Shown here in pieces: positions 24,774-29,897 of a DNA stretch of 29,897 nt (position 1 is the first letter of the stretch; each line of letters begins with the position of its first letter). The notes under the pieces are model-generated. The model was not told the origin of the DNA. It saw only the letters and a list, made by a program, of their open reading frames with translations, and made no database searches. The translations under genes and the position numbers were made by a program. The DNA is from a virus (lineage: Duplodnaviria > Caudoviricetes), in IMG/VR virus record IMGVR_UViG_3300020016_000033, positions 1-29,897 of that record; one strand, 5' to 3'.

Positions 24774-24809
24774 GTGGGCGTCGGGTCGAGGTGCCGACCC
24801 GACGCCCAC
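24774..24809. terminator. 15-bp perfect hairpin after the capsid operon
   Basis: GTGGGCGTCGGGTCG-aggtgc-CGACCCGACGCCCAC; no U-tract. Confidence 0.6.
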
Positions 24810-24816
24810 GGACTCG

Positions 24817-24990
24817 TTACTTCTTGGCCGTGGCCTTCTTGACCGTGGCTTTGACCGGCTCGGCCTCCACGTCCTCGGCCGGGAGCACGGCGAAGGTGTC
24901 AGCCGTGGTGACGTTGGCCGTCTTGCGCTTCTTGCCGCCGCCGCGCACGACGTGGGCGTTGATGTTGCCGTCAGGCGCGTCGGTCGGCAT
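24817..24990 (-). CDS. 57-aa Lys/Ala/Thr-rich protein after the capsid gene
   Basis: Hand translation: MPTDAPDGNINAHVVRGGGKKRKTANVTTADTFAVLPAEDVEAEPVKATVKKATAKK*; TGATG coupling. Confidence 0.7.
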   Translation of the reverse strand: MPTDAPDGNINAHVVRGGGKKRKTANVTTADTFAVLPAEDVEAEPVKATVKKATAKK

Positions 24991-26216
24991 CAGGCGGTGC
25001 CCTCCACCAGCGGCACAACACCGCCGGATGCGGCGGCGAACGCAGCGAAGTAGCCGCCGAACGCGACCTGCACGCCGAGAACTGACGGCTCTACGACTTG
25101 CAGCATGCCGATCTGCTGCTCGTACAGTTCGATCGCGGCTGTTGACAGCAGGAACGCCTCGCCGGAATCGAGCGCGCTGGACATGATGACCGGGATACCG
25201 GAGATCTGGCCCATGACGCCCTGACCGAAGTTCGACGCCATGAACCCGATGCCTTGCGCGTTCTGCCCGTTGTACGGCGCGAACAGGGGACCGAAGTCGA
25301 CGAGCCGATCGGGCGCAATCACCAGAACGAGTCCCCCCTCACCGTTCACAGCCGAGAACACGGTGCCGGCCGCCGCATAAATCGCGGTCGCGAGTTCGTC
25401 CTGCGTCGGGTCGAGAGGGTATGCCTGGTCTGCGGCGTTGTTGGCGGCGAGGAAGTCGGCGACGTACTCCTCGGTGCGCGCCCGATACGCCTTGGCGAGG
25501 TTGTTGATGACCACATCCATCGCATTCGGGTCTGTCCAGTCGATCGACTGCTTCGAGATGTTGACGTAGCCTCCGAAGGTCAACGCATTGACCGTCGTCG
25601 AGCTGATCGTCATCTTCTGCGAGTCGAGTTCGACCTTCTCGTCAGCAGCCAACCCGGTCGTGCCCTGCAAGTCGACGACAGTCGACTGCGTGATCTTCGA
25701 CCGCCGGAACGGCGACGTGATGATCGGCGACGTCCCCAGGAAGTTGATGATCGGGCGGCCGCCGTTGACGAAGTCGATGAGGCCGCCGACGAGCGGCGTG
25801 GGCAGCAGGCCGGGGACGTCGGTCGTCAACTCGTGTGCGGCGGTGCGGTGGTAGATCTCGAGCCGCTCGCGGGCATCAGTGAACGAGGAGGCCCTGCACA
25901 GGTCGTTGATGTAGGCGCCGGCGGTGCGGTACTCGACTTCGTTGGCGACGACGCGGCGGGTGACGTCCATCTCGCGGTCGACGGCGGCGAGGCGTCGCAT
26001 CGCGTCGACGGACGCCGAGCGGGTTTCGCCGATCGTGGTGACCTGACGGCTGCATTCCTCGATGCGCTTGCGGGCGCCTTCGAGCATTTCGTGTTCTGAG
26101 TCGGTCAGGTCGCGATTGGCGTCCTGGGCGTTGGCGACGACGGTATCGATGAACGCTGAACGCTCCTCGATTTCCGTCGAGTACTTGTTCAGCATCGCGT
26201 CCGTTTTGAAGGACAT
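24990..26216 (-). CDS. Major capsid protein (HK97 fold with N-terminal scaffold domain)
   Basis: NRDLTDSE coiled-coil N-terminus; TFGGYVNISKQSIDWTDP; VEPSVLGVQVAFGGY; AGGAG RBS. Confidence 0.92.
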   Translation of the reverse strand: MSFKTDAMLNKYSTEIEERSAFIDTVVANAQDANRDLTDSEHEMLEGARKRIEECSRQVTTIGETRSASVDAMRRLAAVDREMDVTRRVVANEVEYRTAGAYINDLCRASSFTDARERLEIYHRTAAHELTTDVPGLLPTPLVGGLIDFVNGGRPIINFLGTSPIITSPFRRSKITQSTVVDLQGTTGLAADEKVELDSQKMTISSTTVNALTFGGYVNISKQSIDWTDPNAMDVVINNLAKAYRARTEEYVADFLAANNAADQAYPLDPTQDELATAIYAAAGTVFSAVNGEGGLVLVIAPDRLVDFGPLFAPYNGQNAQGIGFMASNFGQGVMGQISGIPVIMSSALDSGEAFLLSTAAIELYEQQIGMLQVVEPSVLGVQVAFGGYFAAFAAASGGVVPLVEGTA

Positions 26217-26254
26217 GAGGGTTCGCTCCTGTTTCGAGAGTTGGTGGTTGGCGG

Positions 26255-26323
26255 CCCTCTCGGCCAGCGGCGACCCTCTCGGTCAACGAACCCCGCTACC
26301 GGGGTTAGCCCTCTCGGCCAGCG
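26255..26323. repeat. Three 15-bp direct repeats plus a hairpin in the capsid leader
   Basis: CCCTCTCGG(C/T)CA(G/A)CG at 26255, 26274 and 26309; AACCCCG-CTAC-CGGGGTT at 26289-26306. Confidence 0.85.
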
Positions 26324-26327
26324 ACAC

Positions 26328-26951
26328 CTACGCGGATATGCCGGCGCGGCGTGATTGCAAATATTGCACCCATTCGTCGAGACGAGGGGTGGATACCTGC
26401 TCGAGCTCGGCCGCATCGGCGGCATCGGCGGCCTGCTCGGCGGAACTGCGAACGGCGACGACGTCGGCGCCGGTATACGCGGGGTCCTCAACGAACGACT
26501 GGTGATCGATGAAGGCGCGGCGGATGTACCGCCGATTCGGCTGCGAGTGGTGGTCGAGTTCCTGATCGGATCCCTTGATGACGGCGAATCCGACTGATGG
26601 GAAGATCATCCCGTCTTCGGCGAGTTCGAGGACGTCGTCGCCCTCACTGGTCTTCGCGATCTTGACGTCTTCGATCAGCCCTTCATGGGCGTCGGGGTGG
26701 AATGCGACGACCTTGCCGATCGTTCGTCCTTTGGAGTGTTCGCGGTTCGCCATGACCTTCCCGTTGCGGGCCTCGATGCCGGCAAATGATCCGCGGGCGA
26801 ACGATTCGATGTATTGGCGGCCCTTATAGAACACCTTGTCGGTCGTCAATTCATAGGGCACGGCGACCACAGTGATGATCCGCTCTGGAAAGCGGACTTC
26901 GGCTACGGCCGACGATCGGAGTTCAACTACAGGGCGAGGTGCATCACTCAT
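26328..26951 (-). CDS. HK97-family prohead protease
   Basis: VAVPYE, ESFARGSF, NREH (His), PSVGF (Ser), SFVEDPAY.GA.V.AVR. Confidence 0.9.
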   Translation of the reverse strand: MSDAPRPVVELRSSAVAEVRFPERIITVVAVPYELTTDKVFYKGRQYIESFARGSFAGIEARNGKVMANREHSKGRTIGKVVAFHPDAHEGLIEDVKIAKTSEGDDVLELAEDGMIFPSVGFAVIKGSDQELDHHSQPNRRYIRRAFIDHQSFVEDPAYTGADVVAVRSSAEQAADAADAAELEQVSTPRLDEWVQYLQSRRAGISA

Positions 26952-28200
26952 TAGGTGCTCCGTTCACGGCCAACGTGGGGCTGTCAACAGCGGGGGCGGC
27001 AGCGAAGAAGGTGCGTTCGATCGCCCGGATCTCCTCGGGCGAGATGGCGCCCAACGCTGACAGAGCCGTGTACGCGTTGACCCGTTCGGTGAGGGGCGGC
27101 CGGGTGTACTCCTCGCGATCCAACTCGACGTTCTGCCCGCGTGGCAACGCCCAGCCGGACAGGGCAGACATGACGGCGACGGCTTCGGTGCGGAGCTGCG
27201 ACCGGTCGTGATACTCAAAGATCTGCTCGACGTTCGAGTAGGTCATCGAATCGCCGGACGGCAACGCCATCAGGAACGGCGGCACACCCAACAGCACACA
27301 GATCCGGGCGTCAGTGAACTGTGCCAGCTCGAGCAGCGCCATGTCTTTCGCGTTGACCTGCAACGTTTCGAGCTTCAACCCGGATTCGAGCACGACGGGG
27401 AGGCCGGCGTTCGCGGCGCGCGCTGTCGCCCATTGGGTGGCGATCTCTTGCGCGGTTGTCTCGTTCAACTGTTGGTCAGTTGTCAACGTCATGAACGGCG
27501 GCGGCGACGTCGTCATCGTCGACACGTAGCGGGCCAACACGCACGACGCCGTCAACCGTGCGCCGGCAACATCCAACGGGCCCTGCCCGCGGGCGTCGCC
27601 GATCGTCGACTTGTAGCGGATATGAAGCACATCGGCGGTGATATCGACCGAACCCACGAAATATCGGCGGATCGAGCCGTCCATCTCCACGTTGACCAGT
27701 GGCGGCGGGATGATCCGCATGAACATCGGCCACCCCGACGAAAAGTAGTCGGTGGCGTACACGAACGCCTCGCCGCACCCCTGATAATCCCAGAAGAGTT
27801 GCTTCGCGAACTCGTACCACGACGTGTACACACGCGGGTCGGGGTTCGTCATCCACCCTTCCGGATCGACGACCTGGCCGCCACGCGTTTTGTACACGGG
27901 GAGCGATGCGAGGATCGACGAGTTCTTGTCGAGGCACGCCCAGGCGGTGTCGGCGAGACAGTTGACGCCGGGCCACCAGTCGGGGGTCTGCCATGTCGCC
28001 GGCCACCCCGACCATGGCGACGCCAGGATCGTCGGCAACGAACGACCCTCGACACCGTCGGCCAATATTTCGAATCCGTCTGGGTCGCCCGGCGTCCACG
28101 TATCAGGCCCCACCGTGTTCGGTGGGGTGTCGATCGGAGGATTGGTGTTGGCGGTGATGCCGGTCGGGGTGGTTCTGCCGATCCACGATAGGAATCCCAT
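26944..28200 (-). CDS. Portal protein (HK97 family)
   Basis: AWACLD, NPDP, GEAF, VLHIRY, LGVPPFL, TYSNVEQ, EEIRAIE. Confidence 0.92.
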   Translation of the reverse strand: MGFLSWIGRTTPTGITANTNPPIDTPPNTVGPDTWTPGDPDGFEILADGVEGRSLPTILASPWSGWPATWQTPDWWPGVNCLADTAWACLDKNSSILASLPVYKTRGGQVVDPEGWMTNPDPRVYTSWYEFAKQLFWDYQGCGEAFVYATDYFSSGWPMFMRIIPPPLVNVEMDGSIRRYFVGSVDITADVLHIRYKSTIGDARGQGPLDVAGARLTASCVLARYVSTMTTSPPPFMTLTTDQQLNETTAQEIATQWATARAANAGLPVVLESGLKLETLQVNAKDMALLELAQFTDARICVLLGVPPFLMALPSGDSMTYSNVEQIFEYHDRSQLRTEAVAVMSALSGWALPRGQNVELDREEYTRPPLTERVNAYTALSALGAISPEEIRAIERTFFAAAPAVDSPTLAVNGAPNE

Positions 28201-28204
28201 TTGG

Positions 28205-29704
28205 TCACCGCCCCTTGGTTGCTAGCGAATAGACGCGGGGTGCGCGTACTTCGGTTGGCACGCCACCCAACGCCACAGTGACGGCCAGTAGTGGTGTGAT
28301 CTCGACCGACGACAAACGCTGCGACCACACCGAAGCGCCATTGGCGCCCGTGCGGAGTTCGGCGGCTCCCACGGCACGATCCAGTGACGACAACTTGCCG
28401 TCCTCGAACACCGGGTGGCGGACTGTGCCGGCCTCGACGCCGTCGATGATCTGACCGGTCGCCTGCCCCGCTTCGGTGGACGACACCTCGACCACGGCGA
28501 CGCCACGCTCACGCAACAGGGCGATGAACGACGACTCGGGGCCGTCCTTCCAGATCCGAACCGGGATCTTGCATGCCTTCCAGAACGTGACCGCTTCGTC
28601 GACAACCCAATCGGTGCCGGCGCGGCGGTAGTGCACGGCGACATGTGCGAGCCCGTCCGCGCGACGGCCGGCGACCCCGATCGTGGTCCACTTGCGGTCA
28701 GGTGACGTCGCGATCGCCCACATGTGATGCGACGCGATCACCGACACATCGTCGCCACAGTTCGACCAGTTCGGCATGTTGCCGCCCCGGTTCGAGCCTG
28801 GTTCGGGCGCCCACACGCCGAGATGTTCGCGGGCGAACAGATCCACGCCGAGATTGCGGAGTTCTTCCTCGAAGAAGTCGATCCCCGAACCCCGGCCCAT
28901 GAACAGCGCCGGGTTCGCCTGCGGCCACAGCGACCGATCCTCCGGGTCGCCGTGACCGACGATCTTGCCGCCCTCGAACCGTTCGATGGTGTGCGCCAAA
29001 TACGAATAATCGCCCGGATCGCCCGACAAGGCACGACGCCGCAGCCGCCACCACCACGCCGACTTCCCGTCAATCCCAGACGTACCCATCGCGTTCGTCT
29101 GCGGATTCGGGTTCATCATCAGCGTCGGAGCCGACGCCGACAACTGCTCCTCGTCGGCCTCCTGCGCCTCATCAACAACCAGCCGATCGACATCATCGAG
29201 TCCCTTGCCACCGGACTTAGTCCGAGTCCGATACCAGATGATCCCGCCGTTACGCATCTCGATCATCTGCTGCCCGATACCCGACCACGCCCGCAGACGA
29301 CGCCGCCGCAAATCAGGCGCACCCTCGAGCAGACTCAGCAGACGAGAATGAGCCTGCGACGCGAGCAACACCGCGTCGTGAACCGTGTGAAGAATCGCCT
29401 CCGCCCGCTGCGTCAACCCCCACAACTCGACAACCTCGATCTCGTCGCCCTTGCCGTTCTGGCGGGGCATCTCCCGGCCAGTCGTACGCGCCGCCCAATG
29501 ACCATCAGCGGTCTGCGCCATCATCAACTCGACCGCCAACCGCTGCGTCGGATCTAGCCGCTTACGCGAATAGTGCTCCCACAACTCGATCGCCGCATGC
29601 GCCTCATCCAGACTTTCGGCGGCGCGAGGCAGCACGACCAGCGCCGGCTTCGGCTCCGCGTCCAGCGCCCAACGCAACGACGTTCCCAGCAAGCTTGTCG
29701 ACAA
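28205..29704 (-). CDS. terL: Terminase large subunit
   Basis: Walker A PRQNGKG, Walker B LVVDEAQ, ANPAL, FAREHLGVW. The true start may be the GTG near 29635. Confidence 0.92.
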   Translation of the reverse strand: MSTSLLGTSLRWALDAEPKPALVVLPRAAESLDEAHAAIELWEHYSRKRLDPTQRLAVELMMAQTADGHWAARTTGREMPRQNGKGDEIEVVELWGLTQRAEAILHTVHDAVLLASQAHSRLLSLLEGAPDLRRRRLRAWSGIGQQMIEMRNGGIIWYRTRTKSGGKGLDDVDRLVVDEAQEADEEQLSASAPTLMMNPNPQTNAMGTSGIDGKSAWWWRLRRRALSGDPGDYSYLAHTIERFEGGKIVGHGDPEDRSLWPQANPALFMGRGSGIDFFEEELRNLGVDLFAREHLGVWAPEPGSNRGGNMPNWSNCGDDVSVIASHHMWAIATSPDRKWTTIGVAGRRADGLAHVAVHYRRAGTDWVVDEAVTFWKACKIPVRIWKDGPESSFIALLRERGVAVVEVSSTEAGQATGQIIDGVEAGTVRHPVFEDGKLSSLDRAVGAAELRTGANGASVWSQRLSSVEITPLLAVTVALGGVPTEVRAPRVYSLATKGR

Positions 29705-29855
29705 GTGAAACCGCCTTCGGAGTCTCCAACGACTCGAGTAGCTCCCCGATCACCCGACGCTCACGCGCGATCGCCGCCGCAGCGGACCCCTCCGCCGACC
29801 TGAGCAGAACACCCAACCGGTCATAGTCGCTGCGCAAGTCCGTCGTACGGTTCAC
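29604..29855 (-). CDS. terS: Terminase small subunit
   Basis: AAAIARERR..ELLE...SLVDKLA helical pattern; directly upstream of terL. Confidence 0.7.
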   Translation of the reverse strand: MNRTTDLRSDYDRLGVLLRSAEGSAAAAIARERRVIGELLESLETPKAVSLVDKLAGNVVALGAGRGAEAGAGRAASRRRKSG

Positions 29856-29897
29856 GAACCACCCCCGGAGGAAACCCAGAACACAAAAAAAGAGGAG

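Noticed and set aside
26255-26323. Mini CRISPR array
   Set aside because: Repeats are only 15 bp with 4- and 20-bp gaps, and there are no cas genes.

Overview
Nearly the whole genome of a high-GC temperate siphovirus. Rpf, a ClpC1-like peptide, an r1t-type holin and leaderless promoters point to an actinobacterial host (inference). Almost all genes are on the minus strand. From right to left: terminase small/large, portal, prohead protease, HK97 capsid, a 3-glycosyltransferase + methyltransferase block, head-tail genes, two paralogous tail-tube-like genes, tape measure, tail tip/fibre genes and a lysis cassette. Next is a 1958-bp defective IS1-like cargo element with 17-bp IRs and an 8-bp TSD, then the 3' half of a tRNA-Ile (attP-like). 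These are followed by a repressor-integrase operon facing a cro-led early operon (HNH, Rpf, ERF, RusA-like, PD-(D/E)XK nuclease, replication initiator, DnaB-like helicase). Most notable: (i) a candidate proteolysis-controlled lysogeny switch, with -LIAA and -DAA C-termini on repressor and integrase, a dyad recombination-like site inside the repressor 3' end, and a second tRNA-derived att site; (ii) a 42-aa stand-alone copy of the ClpC N-terminal repeat, missed by the ORF track; (iii) an IS element that lost its transposase and apparently its toxin but kept the antitoxin; (iv) a triple-repeat structured leader before the capsid gene; (v) a likely virion glycosylation module. All family calls are by eye; no searches were run.
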